A stretch of 63,656 bases of DNA, counting the filler, from Barthelona sp. PAP020 (taxonomy: Eukaryota), in NCBI GenBank assembly GCA_040182905.1. It is 8 parts of 8 records of this genome, joined end to end, with 100 filler letters (N's around TTAATTAATTAA, not from the genome) between each part and the next. Parts side by side here need not be neighbours in the genome. Positions count along the whole stretch, not along the records: positions 31,989 to 39,839 come from JARQWU010000474.1; positions 39,940 to 47,782 come from JARQWU010000475.1; 6 more parts are not named here. One strand, 5' to 3'. The notes under the pieces were generated by a model, which saw only the letters and a program-made list of their open reading frames with translations, did not search any database and was not told where the DNA came from. Numbering within the stretch: the first letter of the stretch is position 1; every line of letters starts with the position of its first letter. Positions 31,990 through 42,470 of the stretch are shown in pieces. The translations under genes were made by a program, and so were the position numbers.

Positions 31990-33129
31990 GATGAGATGAT
32001 TGATTCGGTTCCTGGCCATGGTATTGTAAAGCTGTGTTTCGATGAAAACCCTGTCGAGCGTCCGTCGTTCGAGTTGATTGCTGATTATCTGAAGATGCTT
32101 GTCGATACTGTGGTTGAAGAGACAGGTGTTGAAGAGGAAGCTGCAGTTGAGGATGAAGATGAAGATGTAGATGAGGAAGTTGACCCATTTGTTAAGTATA
32201 ACATGGATCAAGTTGTTGTTCCAGATGGGTTCGATGTGGATGGATTTGAATATTATGGTGAACCAAAGAAGATATATTATGCAGCCTGTGATGGTAACCT
32301 TGAAGTTATCAAGCAATGTATCAAAGCTGGCGTTGATGTGAACAAACAGGGCAAGGAAGGAAGGACATCGTTGTATGGAGCTGCTTTTAATGGGCATATA
32401 GAAGTTGTTGAGTTTTTGTTGGATTTTGTCGCTGATATTAATTTGTGTATGAATGATGGATTTTCTCCATTATATGTTAGTTGTCAAAATGGTCATCTTG
32501 ATGTTGCCAAAATGCTATTGGATCATGGAGCTGATATTAATTTGTGTCCTAATGATGGTAGTTCTCCATTATACATTAGTTGTCAAAAGGGTTATCTTGA
32601 TGTTGCCAAAATTCTCTTGGATCATGGAGCTGATGTTAATTTGTGTGACAATGATGGGTGGTCTCCATTGTTAGTTAGTTGTTATAATGGTCATCTTGAT
32701 GTTGCCAAAATGCTCTTAGATCATGGGGCCAATATTAATTTGTGTATGAATGATGGCTGTTCTCCATTGTTCATTAGTTGTCAACAAGGTCATCTTGATG
32801 TTGCCAGAATGCTCTTGGATCATGGAGCTCATGTTAATTTGTGCAATAATAATGGTGCTTCTCCATTGTACGTCAGTTGTGAAAATGGTCATCTTGATGT
32901 TGCTAAAATGCTCTTGGATCATGGAGCTGATATTAATTTGTGTGATAATGATGGCTGTTCTCCATTGTACATCAGTTGTCAATTTGGTGATCTTGACATA
33001 GTCAAACTTCTATTAGATCATGGAGCTGATGTAAATCTCAAATTTAAACAAATATGGACATCAATGGATGTTGCCAGAGACCAAGGTCATTCCAAAATTG
33101 CGCAACTTCTCCAGCCCTTCTACAATTGA
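31990..33129 (+). CDS. Kinase-ankyrin protein, 3' part (kinase subdomain XI, acidic linker, conserved ankyrin array)
   Basis: IVKLCFDENPVERPSFELI is kinase subdomain XI; then a VPDGF/ACDG cap, six 33-aa near-identical repeats and a C-cap. Confidence 0.9.
   Translation, partial: DEMIDSVPGHGIVKLCFDENPVERPSFELIADYLKMLVDTVVEETGVEEEAAVEDEDEDVDEEVDPFVKYNMDQVVVPDGFDVDGFEYYGEPKKIYYAACDGNLEVIKQCIKAGVDVNKQGKEGRTSLYGAAFNGHIEVVEFLLDFVADINLCMNDGFSPLYVSCQNGHLDVAKMLLDHGADINLCPNDGSSPLYISCQKGYLDVAKILLDHGADVNLCDNDGWSPLLVSCYNGHLDVAKMLLDHGANINLCMNDGCSPLFISCQQGHLDVARMLLDHGAHVNLCNNNGASPLYVSCENGHLDVAKMLLDHGADINLCDNDGCSPLYISCQFGDLDIVKLLLDHGADVNLKFKQIWTSMDVARDQGHSKIAQLLQPFYN
32428..33030 (+). repeat. 99-bp coding tandem repeat array (~6 units)
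   Basis: Units of GCTGATxTTAATTTGTGT...TCTCCATT...AGTTGT...GGTCATCTTGATGTTGCC...GATCATGGA; same unit as 23311-23937. Confidence 0.95.
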
Positions 33130-33637
33130 TCCAATGCTTTTTCCTTTTAACCAAATTGACTTCACAAAACACCAGCCTTTTGATAAATCATCACACAACA
33201 ATGATACTGAAAACATGCAACTCTTCATCCCAGCTTTCTGTTCATATTTTAAATTTGAAGTGTTTGGATCAAAGTGTAACCCACGTTTTATAAACCCTCC
33301 AATTTTGTTATTGATAATCAAACAGTGAACTTTTGAAGTGAGCCTAGTTTCTTTTTGGTACATCAACCCAAGTGAAATCTCTATTGTTTCTTCTGTGCTT
33401 ACTGTGGTTGAATCTAATCCAAATTTGGTTTGTTTTTATTGGGTAGTTGTGAGATACCTACGGATAAACACTTTCACCATATCTTAATAATTCCTATTGC
33501 TTCAGACCAAAGGCAGTAGCTTGTGATCTTATGATTGGTGAATATGGATTGATTGCTGTTCAGTTTTATGTTTTTGACCAACAGAAATTCTTGAATAGTA
33601 ATTTTAATTTGAAAAGTGTTAGAATCTTTGATTCATG

Positions 33638-33790
33638 AAGAAGAACGGCCATGTGGATGTGAATGAAAAATAGCAGCAATGTTTATTTGGTTAAAAGCTT
33701 TCGAGGCTCGATTGATCTGTTGAAAAACTTTAGATTTTCTAAGGTAAAGTTTAGACTTTAAAATTTTACTTTTGCAAAAATACAAAAAAA
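33638..33790 (+). repeat. Dispersed repeat near ankyrin genes, copy 2
   Basis: Matches 22163-22285. Confidence 0.8.
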
Positions 33791-33821
33791 TGGGAATGGA
33801 AAATTTCCAAATTTTTCATAC

Positions 33822-33892
33822 TTGATGACTGAGATTCAATTGCAGCCACTCATTTTCTGTGGCTGAGATTTAATGAAATGAGTTTTCTCTGA
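33822..33892 (+). ncRNA. Weak candidate box C/D-like or structured RNA
   Basis: TGATGA (33823-28) ... CTGA (33889-92) about 70 nt apart, internal CTGA, CAGCCAC/GTGGCTG stem; no rRNA target recognised. Confidence 0.3.
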
Positions 33893-34053
33893 TTACTTTT
33901 TCTTTATAAATAAATATAGTTGTTTCACAACTTGACCAAAATAATCAAAAATTCTTTCTATTTACTCTCAAATACGATGTTAATTGACTTGGAAAATCCT
34001 TCAATGATCACTTTTTTAATAAAAAAGAAATATGAATTATTTTATGCTAAATT

Positions 34054-35748
34054 TTAAAAATCCTCAATTTCAGTCAATCCTAATTTCCTTTGAGTTTCCC
34101 AATCGTCTTTTAAATGGTCAACAGCATCAGATTCAACTTGGGACCAATCAAAGAAAAGTACTGGTTCCATTGCTTTGGCAATATTTTTTTCTACCTGAGG
34201 AATTGTTTGTTTTATTTTGGAAAAACAATCGGCCAGTCTTTGCCTTTCCTTTGGACCTCTAAAACTGTCATTTCTAGCTCTAGATACTAAGTCGCATTCT
34301 CTATCAATTTCCGAAGAAGTCTTTATGTTATTTTCACTGATAAATTCTAAAATGCTCTCAACTTGAACCAACATTAAAGGTCGAATGACTTCAACTGTAC
34401 CATTTTTAGAATTTCCCGTGTATCTACCTCTGATTGTTCTTAATCCACCACAACAATTCAGATTCATCATCAAAGTCTCAACCGCATCCATCAAATGATG
34501 TCCTAATGCTAAAAATTGATAGTGGTTGTTAATACAATGAGAATAAAGATAACCTCTTCGCATTCTTGAACAAAAGGCACATAACGTTTCAACCTTTTGT
34601 AATTTTTCTGGTGCCAATTCTCCTACTGGACAATGAACAATTGACGAGTCCATCTTTAGTGGAATAGCATGTTGTTGTGATCTTTTGGAATCGAATCCAG
34701 GTAGACCAGGATCGAAAACAGTAGCATGTAATTCAAAGGGTTGATAAATATCAGCAAAATGTGGTTGTAATAAACGAACACAATCTAAGAAGTGTAACAT
34801 AGCTACAGAATCTTTTCCTCCACTTAAACCCAAAGAAATATGAATTGGTTCATCATTTGAAATTTCAATCATTTTGAATGATTTAAATCCAAGTATTATT
34901 CTAGCAATAACATCTAAAGGTACTGGAGGCAACTCATCCCGTTCAAAATACTCAGAAGAACAAATCGTATGTAATCTCTCCATGATAAGATCATAATCAG
35001 CCCAATTAACCCAATAATCATCAATATCTTCTTCTTTATACGCTAATATAGAAGTTAGACTTGTCGTAACACCTCTTATATTATAGCTACGATTGTTTTC
35101 ATGGGATAAAGTCACAAATTCTTGAACTTCCTGAGAATAAAAATTAAATTCTCCAAAAGTTACTTCTTCAGGTAATTCAAAATGTTCATAAATTTTTGGT
35201 AAAAACTTTTCTGCATCAGTCCAAAACAAATTAAGCAATGGAAAAACCAAATTGTGTTTTCTGGCATAACAAATGAAAGAAGGAATTTCACCACGTCTAA
35301 AAATAAAATCTAAAAAATAATGTGTTAAAGAATGACTATCCAAAGGACTAAGAATATATTCAATACAACTATCTAATTTTTGATATTTTTGACTAATAAT
35401 TTGATAAAAGTTTGAGGAAAATAAATCAATGTCTGAGATATCAGAAATAATTTCGTAACTATCTTCAAAATCTAAAAATTCCAAAAATTTAAAAACATTA
35501 TCATTATTGTTAATGATAAAAGGGGAATTTTCAAAAATTAAAAAATGAATTCTAAATTTGACGCGTGAATTTTGTAATTGACCCTTTAACATGAAAGCTT
35601 GAAAAAGAGATTGAATAGATCCATCAATAATCACAATAAATCGATGTTTTGCAGTTACATCAACAAATCTTCGAAGACCGAAATTAAAATCTCGATTAAG
35701 TATTCTAGGTATAGTTAATTTTTTGTTATTAAACTTATATTTAACCAT
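34054..35748 (-). CDS. TtcA-like PP-loop tRNA thiolase with a degenerate N-terminal duplicate domain
   Basis: GLSGGKDS, FDPGLPGFD, CAFCSRMRRGYLY, ALGHHLMDAVETLMMN, VIRPL. Confidence 0.85.
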   Translation of the reverse strand: MVKYKFNNKKLTIPRILNRDFNFGLRRFVDVTAKHRFIVIIDGSIQSLFQAFMLKGQLQNSRVKFRIHFLIFENSPFIINNNDNVFKFLEFLDFEDSYEIISDISDIDLFSSNFYQIISQKYQKLDSCIEYILSPLDSHSLTHYFLDFIFRRGEIPSFICYARKHNLVFPLLNLFWTDAEKFLPKIYEHFELPEEVTFGEFNFYSQEVQEFVTLSHENNRSYNIRGVTTSLTSILAYKEEDIDDYWVNWADYDLIMERLHTICSSEYFERDELPPVPLDVIARIILGFKSFKMIEISNDEPIHISLGLSGGKDSVAMLHFLDCVRLLQPHFADIYQPFELHATVFDPGLPGFDSKRSQQHAIPLKMDSSIVHCPVGELAPEKLQKVETLCAFCSRMRRGYLYSHCINNHYQFLALGHHLMDAVETLMMNLNCCGGLRTIRGRYTGNSKNGTVEVIRPLMLVQVESILEFISENNIKTSSEIDRECDLVSRARNDSFRGPKERQRLADCFSKIKQTIPQVEKNIAKAMEPVLFFDWSQVESDAVDHLKDDWETQRKLGLTEIEDF

Positions 35749-36106
35749 TTGATTGTCAATTTCGAATAATTCTTGAAAAACAATTCTTCCCTTTTCTTTT
35801 ATTCAAAGAAGAACTATTTATATTTATTCATTTTTAAATTTGTGTTTGAATAAAATGTATATAAGGTAGAACTTAATATTTATTGCTTTTTTAAGAGAGA
35901 AATTAAAAATGAATGGGAGGTTGTCATTCTTTTCATATATTTCCATCAAAAGAAATATTTGACAATTTGTTTCACTTGAATTTTTGTCCTTTTAGTTAAT
36001 GTTCCCTAATAAACCTTCTAATTATGATATTAAAGCCTTTTTGCAAAATGAAAAAAAAAAAATTTTTTTTATACAAGTGAAAGGTTTTTAATAACCTATT
36101 ATTAAT

Positions 36107-38038
36107 TCAATCAACTTTTAATCTAAGTTGAGTTAATTTTAACAACTTATTGAAATCATCATTGTTTTGTTGGGCATTTACCAAACATTCTGAAGAATTT
36201 GTAGCAATTGCAGAATCATTTTGCTTGAAAACATCAAAATTTTCCACAATATTTTGAACATCATCATACATTTCATTTATTTCCTTTTCTTTTTGTTTCA
36301 AAATTGCTTCTTTCTTTAAAAGATCATGATGTAACTCCATTAATTCAAAATGAGTAGCTTCCAATTCGCTAAGATTTCCTTTAATAGTGGAATATTTGAT
36401 TGTGTTTAATTGTACATTAGTTTCTTGTAAGGAAACTTGTAATGAGGCTATTTGAGCGTTTTTTCGTTCTAATTCATCCGCAAAAAGGAATAATTTGCTA
36501 TCTTGATCTTCTATCTGTGCTAAATATTGTTGGTTAGAATAAATTAATTTTTTAGCATTGTCTATTTCATTATTTAAATCAGTTTCCAAAGTCATTAATA
36601 ATTTTGACTGTTCTTCAATCTTAGAATTAAGGTCCTGAATGGTGAAAGTTTGTTGCAAAGTAGTTTCATTAACAATTTCAAGACGTTTTTGATAACTTTC
36701 ATTTTCAGCAGAAATAGTTGAAAACGAGAGATTATTATTTTCCAATTCATTTGTTAAAGTATCCAATTGTCGTCTAAGATCATTGTTAGCAATCTTTAAG
36801 GTTTTTGCTTCAATTTCTTGTTTGTTTAATTTAGTCTTCAATTCAGTAATTTCCTGTTCCAAATCAACTTTTGTACTTCTTAAAATACTTCGCTCTTTCT
36901 CAATTTCATTTCGATCTTGATTTAATCGACTGATTTGAGTATTTTGACTGATTACTTCACGTTGTAATTCGTTGTTTTCACTACGTAATTGACTAATTAG
37001 AATCTCATCTTGCTTATCTTGAGTAGAAATCATCGATATCACTGAACCTGCATCACTTAACAAATCATCAAACCTCATAGAATTTCGAGAATTTCGTTCA
37101 GGTTTAATGACTGACGATAGAGACGATTGTCGATTAAGTGATTTGATCTCCCTGAATCGAGGTATACTCGACGGTGATTTTGCATTCATAGAATTTGAAT
37201 AGGCATCCAATTTTTTTAGAGTTAAGTCATCAACTGAATGTATACGACTGAGTGGTGATGGTTCAAAAGCTTTTTTATGCTGTAAATCCAGATTGTTAGG
37301 TGAATTAGTCTGTAAATTACTGTCATATACTTCTTGTTGCATTTGATCAACATTTATTAAAGATGAAGCAGAAGAATTGATCATTTTTGGTGAGATAGCG
37401 TTATTTCCAGGTGTGCCAAGAATCTGTTTCATTTCATTTCCATCAATCAAAGGAAGTTTTGGGGAAAAAAGCGGTGTTGGTGGTGTTTTAGCATCAAATA
37501 ATCCATATTCAAAATCGTCACCATAATACGTGTTATTTCGAGGACTTTCAAGTAATTTTGGACTGGATAACCCAATTCCCAAAGAAAGAACTTGAGCTTC
37601 AATTTTTTCGGAAGATTTTAAAGTATTTTCAATAATTTCAGTAACTTTTTGAGTAATATTTTTCTTTTTTGCTTTTAATTCTTTAAGATCCTTATGAACT
37701 GGTGATCCAACAGGCAAAGTTGAAGAGAGCTCACATGCTTCATTAATAATATTATTTGAATGATGAATCCCTTTGTTCAAAATATCCACTTCACTAGTCG
37801 TAATAGAATTTGCGGCTTCTCTTAAATTTTCTTGAAGTACCAATTTATCTGACAAATCATTCACTTTTAAAACTTCTTCTTCTATTATTTTAACACTTGT
37901 ATTGACATCAATTATACGAGATTGCTCTGCAACAACACCACTTTCAATTTCATGATGAATTTTTTGAACTTCGGCGATTTTTTTTTTAATTTTGTCCACT
38001 AATTGTCTAGCTTGATAATCATTAGTAACACCATTCAT
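36107..38038 (-). CDS. Coiled-coil protein with central S/P-rich region
   Basis: Long ORF with first plausible ATG at 38038 (MNGVTNDY); heptad-rich N- and C-terminal regions. Confidence 0.75.
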   Translation of the reverse strand: MNGVTNDYQARQLVDKIKKKIAEVQKIHHEIESGVVAEQSRIIDVNTSVKIIEEEVLKVNDLSDKLVLQENLREAANSITTSEVDILNKGIHHSNNIINEACELSSTLPVGSPVHKDLKELKAKKKNITQKVTEIIENTLKSSEKIEAQVLSLGIGLSSPKLLESPRNNTYYGDDFEYGLFDAKTPPTPLFSPKLPLIDGNEMKQILGTPGNNAISPKMINSSASSLINVDQMQQEVYDSNLQTNSPNNLDLQHKKAFEPSPLSRIHSVDDLTLKKLDAYSNSMNAKSPSSIPRFREIKSLNRQSSLSSVIKPERNSRNSMRFDDLLSDAGSVISMISTQDKQDEILISQLRSENNELQREVISQNTQISRLNQDRNEIEKERSILRSTKVDLEQEITELKTKLNKQEIEAKTLKIANNDLRRQLDTLTNELENNNLSFSTISAENESYQKRLEIVNETTLQQTFTIQDLNSKIEEQSKLLMTLETDLNNEIDNAKKLIYSNQQYLAQIEDQDSKLFLFADELERKNAQIASLQVSLQETNVQLNTIKYSTIKGNLSELEATHFELMELHHDLLKKEAILKQKEKEINEMYDDVQNIVENFDVFKQNDSAIATNSSECLVNAQQNNDDFNKLLKLTQLRLKVD

Positions 38039-38108
38039 TCTCAAAAGCTTTAGAATAAGAAAAAAAAAAAATTTCTTCTTTTGTTTATACAAAATTTTTT
38101 GCCTGATT

Positions 38109-39191
38109 TTAAAACGGCGTACGAAAGTTAACATCAAAATCATTAATTGAAGTATTCATGAGTTTTGCAATGTTTTTTTCTTCTTCTCTTGATAATTTAC
38201 TGTAGATTTGATCATTTGAATCATCTTCCATTATATCTGCGATTGCTTCCATTTCTCGAGCATCTTTAGCATCTTTAGCAAAGAGAATCATGTCTCTATA
38301 TGTTACATTATCTAATTTTTTGCGAACTGTATTCAAAAAAGTGTTTCTGTTATCTGTTGATTCTTTTTCATTTCTTCTTGTTTTTACAATAGAACCAACA
38401 GAAGATGTAGTTTTGTGTTCATATTCTGGAATGATCAATAAATCTGACATTTCCAAAAAGAATTCAGGGTCAAATTCAGAATTTGTTACTGATGTTTGAA
38501 TGGGACTAAAGATGGTTGTGTTCACCATTTCCTTCAAAATTGGTGGAATAGGGGTGGATACATTTCTAAAATTCTCAACCACACTTTGACGATGATAATG
38601 CTTTATCAATTCTAGTTGATACCCTGCATTATCAGCAAAACTAAGAAAGCCTTCATATGACAAGATCTTTTCTTGGAATTCTTCATCTACAAACTTGGAG
38701 CATTTTGTAAATAGATTGTCTATTTGACATCTTATTTCTTCAAAAATATCACGCAAATAAAAGAATAATGGAATTTGATTTGTGTTTGAGTTAAGTTTCG
38801 ACATTTCATTCAAAGAATCTTGATTTTGTCGATACTTGTTAAATGCAAGCTGATCTGCAATGCTATTACCTAAATTTATTAAGGATTCCATTTCATAAAA
38901 CGATAACAGTTCATTTTCAGGATAGGAAGGTCTTATTAATTTTGGATTATCTCTTAAGGCATTAAAATAACTGCAAAATGATAGGGTGATGAGATTAAAT
39001 TTTTTTAAATATCCATACCATAAAACAATTAAGTTCTCAAAAGTCTTTTGAGTTGAGACATGATGCACAGCTAATTGACCAGATAATCTGGAACGATCAA
39101 TGCTTGCACTTGTGCTATGACTGCTACTGGTTCTAGATATTGCAGATCTCGTATATCGTGAACTTGATTTTGATTTCGCTGAAAGTGACAT
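38109..39191 (-). CDS. Hypothetical protein
   Basis: 360-aa ATG-initiated ORF with S/R-rich N-terminus. Confidence 0.7.
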   Translation of the reverse strand: MSLSAKSKSSSRYTRSAISRTSSSHSTSASIDRSRLSGQLAVHHVSTQKTFENLIVLWYGYLKKFNLITLSFCSYFNALRDNPKLIRPSYPENELLSFYEMESLINLGNSIADQLAFNKYRQNQDSLNEMSKLNSNTNQIPLFFYLRDIFEEIRCQIDNLFTKCSKFVDEEFQEKILSYEGFLSFADNAGYQLELIKHYHRQSVVENFRNVSTPIPPILKEMVNTTIFSPIQTSVTNSEFDPEFFLEMSDLLIIPEYEHKTTSSVGSIVKTRRNEKESTDNRNTFLNTVRKKLDNVTYRDMILFAKDAKDAREMEAIADIMEDDSNDQIYSKLSREEEKNIAKLMNTSINDFDVNFRTPF

Positions 39192-39757
39192 ATTTTTGAG
39201 GAGCTAAAGAGGTTTTTCACATGAAAAATAATAAAAAAAATAAAAAAACAAAAAATTAATGAATGCATTAGAATCAATAAGTGAACAAAATTTTACAACA
39301 ATAATAATATTTAAAAACAAATCAAGAACATATTAAAAGAAAGAAATATTAAAAAAAAAAAAGGAAAGAATTAATCAAAAAAAACGTGGTTTTGCATGAG
39401 ACTTGTTTTGAAGAAACACAAATAATTAAAAACAAAACAAAATTTTTTTCTTCTAAACACTGCTGGAATTTTTATATTCTTGTCTTTCTTTGAAAATAGT
39501 TAAATCAAGCATTAATTGTTCTTTCCAATTATGTACGTTATTTTTTTGAGCAATAAAATCAAGATTATGGTGATATTTCGAGAATATCAAAAAACAATCC
39601 ATTCACTATATTGTTTCAATGTTTTGAGTACTGAATGATGAATTTTTGTGTAAATATCTCGTGAATATTTGTATGTTATGTATCAATATGAAATTAACTT
39701 GTCATAAAAGAGTAATTGTTGATTTTTGTTTTTGATAACACTTAAAATTGTATTTTT

Positions 39758-39839
39758 ATGCTTGAAAGTCGTTACTTATTGGCAATCGATATAATTAATG
39801 ATGAATTCGGAAAGGATCATTCAAAATTAATTGAGAATT
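39758..39839 (+). CDS. Possible 5' fragment of a gene (weak resemblance to the RNA Pol III RPC3/RPC82 N-terminus)
   Basis: MLESRYLLAIDIINDEFGKDHSKLIEN is open to the contig end; L...I.E.FG pattern. Confidence 0.3.
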
Positions 39840-39939
39840 NNNNNNNNNNNNNNNNNNNNNNNNNNNNNNNNNNNNNNNNNNNNTTAATTAATTAANNNNN
39901 NNNNNNNNNNNNNNNNNNNNNNNNNNNNNNNNNNNNNNN
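39840..39939. other. Artificial contig linker
   Basis: N44-TTAATTAATTAA-N44. Confidence 0.98.
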
Positions 39940-39940
39940 T

Positions 39941-40108
39941 TTGAAGAGATCCCAAATTGTAAACCATATGAGAAATGAGTTTGTGCTGAATATGAAAATG
40001 GACGTGGATGTTGAGAAAAATGATCAATCATTTTTTGGGTTTAAAATTGATGATTATGGTCCAATTGTCCCTGAAGATTCCGATGAAGAGGGCTTTAAAT
40101 TGAATTGA
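39941..40108 (+). CDS. 3' end of a truncated gene (hypothetical)
   Basis: Open frame LKRSQIVNHMRNEF...PEDSDEEGFKLN* from the contig start. Confidence 0.55.
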   Translation: MKRSQIVNHMRNEFVLNMKMDVDVEKNDQSFFGFKIDDYGPIVPEDSDEEGFKLN

Positions 40109-40647
40109 TTGCACTGTGGCACTTTCCTATAAAATTATTAGTCATCATCCTTTCTTTTTTTCTTTCTTCGAAACATTTTTCAAAACTTTCTAAACTTTAG
40201 ACTGATGCCTGAGATGACAAGTAAATACTGTTCCATTTGGGTTCAGCCTTCTTATTTTGAACCTCTCATTATTATTGATAATCCTTTGTTAACAATTCAA
40301 TGGTGAGAGCAGATTTATGTTGTGTGAAATATTTGCAGTATCAAATGTTGCAAAGAGTCAGATGATTTGGATGTTGCTGAAATTAACCTTAAATGTACAA
40401 GATTTCTTGTCGTTCACTTTTAAAAGGACAAAAAATTGACGCAGTTAATTGCAAAGTTTCGTATTCAAGGAAGAAAGGAAAAACAGAATATTTCTATACC
40501 GTTGATATAATTGCCTTGTGAACAACCCTCATTTTTTTTTTTTTTTTTGAATAAAATTAAAAAAAGAAAAACTTGACCGCTTTATCTTTGATTTTTTTTG
40601 TGTTAACAACTAATTCACAATCCATTGCTTTAAACTGTTTTTCAACC

Positions 40648-41590
40648 TTATCTCTCTTCTCTAACTTCAGCTTGAATAGAACAAAATCCTAAGGTTTTAT
40701 TATTCAATAATTGGACATATTCCTTGATGACTTCAGTCACTGGTCTTCTATTTTTCTTACCGGCAGCTTGGAATTTGGCTGGTTCATTCAATCCACTCAT
40801 TTTAACAACTGGATCATCATCAAACAAACAAAAACACAAGCCTCTATCTGATTGTGTAATAATTCTTCGGGGTGCATAGGGATTACTTCTGAAGAATCTA
40901 GCTTTTTCCTTGATAACCTCAAAATCGACATCATCATCACCATATTCAAAATCTTCATTATCAATAAACTTGTGATTCCATTCATCATTATGATGAGTAG
41001 AAAAATAATTATCAGCAATAAAGGCATATATTTCATCGTCAGTGATTCCATTTGGTAAGCCACGTAATAAAAATGCAGGTTGTCTTTTTTTGGTTTGGAA
41101 AGCTGAATCTCCTCCATGTCTTGAAAATCCTCCTCTTTTCTTGTTTTCAAGAATTCTTTTTCTGTTAGGACATTGCCATGCAACATGTTCAGTAGATCCA
41201 CAATGAGTACATTTCATTAAAGAAACTTCTTTGGTTGCTTTCTTTTCATTCTTCTTTTCATCATCTTCATCTTTTAATTTAAGAGGTACTGTGAGAGATT
41301 TAGCAGCACAACTACCAATAACATCAGAATTCCATCCTCCAAAACGCTTAATTTCACGTCTTTGCATAATATTATCTGTAACCATAATTTCAGAAGCTTT
41401 TTGATAAGTGTTTGTTGTATAAGATATTAGTTTTTTTTGTAAATATAAAATAATTTCATACTTTCTTTGATGTACCATCAGAATACTCTTCAATAATAGT
41501 TTCCGTAAAAATACCCTTTTCATCAGGTTCTGTTGAAGTTGTTATTGTGTTAATAACATCTTTTGTGACCTCCACAGTTTGTTCACTCAT
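40648..41590 (-). CDS. EIF3G: Translation initiation factor eIF3 subunit G; exons 41590-41462 and 41418-40648
   Basis: Exon 1 PDEKGIFTETIIEEYSDG; exon 2 MQRREIKRFG, Zn knuckle CTHCGSTEHVAWQCP and C-terminal RRM (LLRGLP, RGLCFCLF). Confidence 0.8.
41419..41461 (-). other. Putative 43-nt intron with non-canonical GT-AT ends
   Basis: GTATGA...ACTAAT-ATCTTAT|ACA; phase-0 join restores the eIF3g frame. Confidence 0.6.
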
Positions 41591-41660
41591 AATATTCAAT
41601 TGGATGAAAAAAAAAAATGAAAATTTTTATCTAATTTAGAAACACATATTTCTTTCAATA

Positions 41661-42470
41661 ATGGTTCAAGGATATCTTTATGAATGTTTGTATGATATAA
41701 TTCCAGAAGAAGATGCCGAAATTAATCTAAAGCAAGGCGAACGAATTTATGCAACGGAAATTGCGAATGAAGAGGATTGGTTGAATGTAGTTACTGTTCT
41801 AACACCTTATCGTAATGGTTATGCCCCTGGAGCATATTTATCTTTGATTCGAAATAATGTTACACTTCCTGATGAAATTATTCCTTTGTTTCAACATTCT
41901 GATTCAGGTATTATTGAGCAGGACGATTATAAAATGGATACACCCAATGAAAAGTTTTCTGCAATGGTTGACTATTCCCTCATGGAACAAACTGAAAATC
42001 TAGGAACATTAGCCATAGAAAATGATGAAAATGAAGAAGAAGAATATGATGATGAAGAACAAAATGAATCAACAGAAGATAATGAGGAAAATTTATTTTC
42101 CTCCCACTATCATCAACCCAGCAATTTATCGATTGGTCAAACGGGTTCGATTAACAATATGTCATATTCATTGCCAAACAAGCCATTTGATATGATGATG
42201 CAAATGGACACAAATTCACCTTATCAATTTTCCAATAGTGTAAAGTTAAGCACGATTAACAAAAACAAACAAAAGAGTGATTTTCAAAAAAATCTTGAAA
42301 TGTCTTTAACTACTGTTGATCAAAGATTAGAGAATGTAAAAATGACTGCTGTTTCTTTGGATGATGAAATGGATAGATTCAATGCTGAAATGAATGGCTT
42401 TTTTGCAGAATTAACAAAGTTCAATGATTTGTTACTGAACACAAACGAAGCGAGTTTTCTTGAAGCATAA
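41661..42470 (+). CDS. SH3-domain protein with acidic middle and C-terminal coiled coil
   Basis: CLYDIIPEEDAEINLKQGE...EDW...GYAPGAYL matches the SH3 consensus. Confidence 0.85.
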   Translation: MVQGYLYECLYDIIPEEDAEINLKQGERIYATEIANEEDWLNVVTVLTPYRNGYAPGAYLSLIRNNVTLPDEIIPLFQHSDSGIIEQDDYKMDTPNEKFSAMVDYSLMEQTENLGTLAIENDENEEEEYDDEEQNESTEDNEENLFSSHYHQPSNLSIGQTGSINNMSYSLPNKPFDMMMQMDTNSPYQFSNSVKLSTINKNKQKSDFQKNLEMSLTTVDQRLENVKMTAVSLDDEMDRFNAEMNGFFAELTKFNDLLLNTNEASFLEA

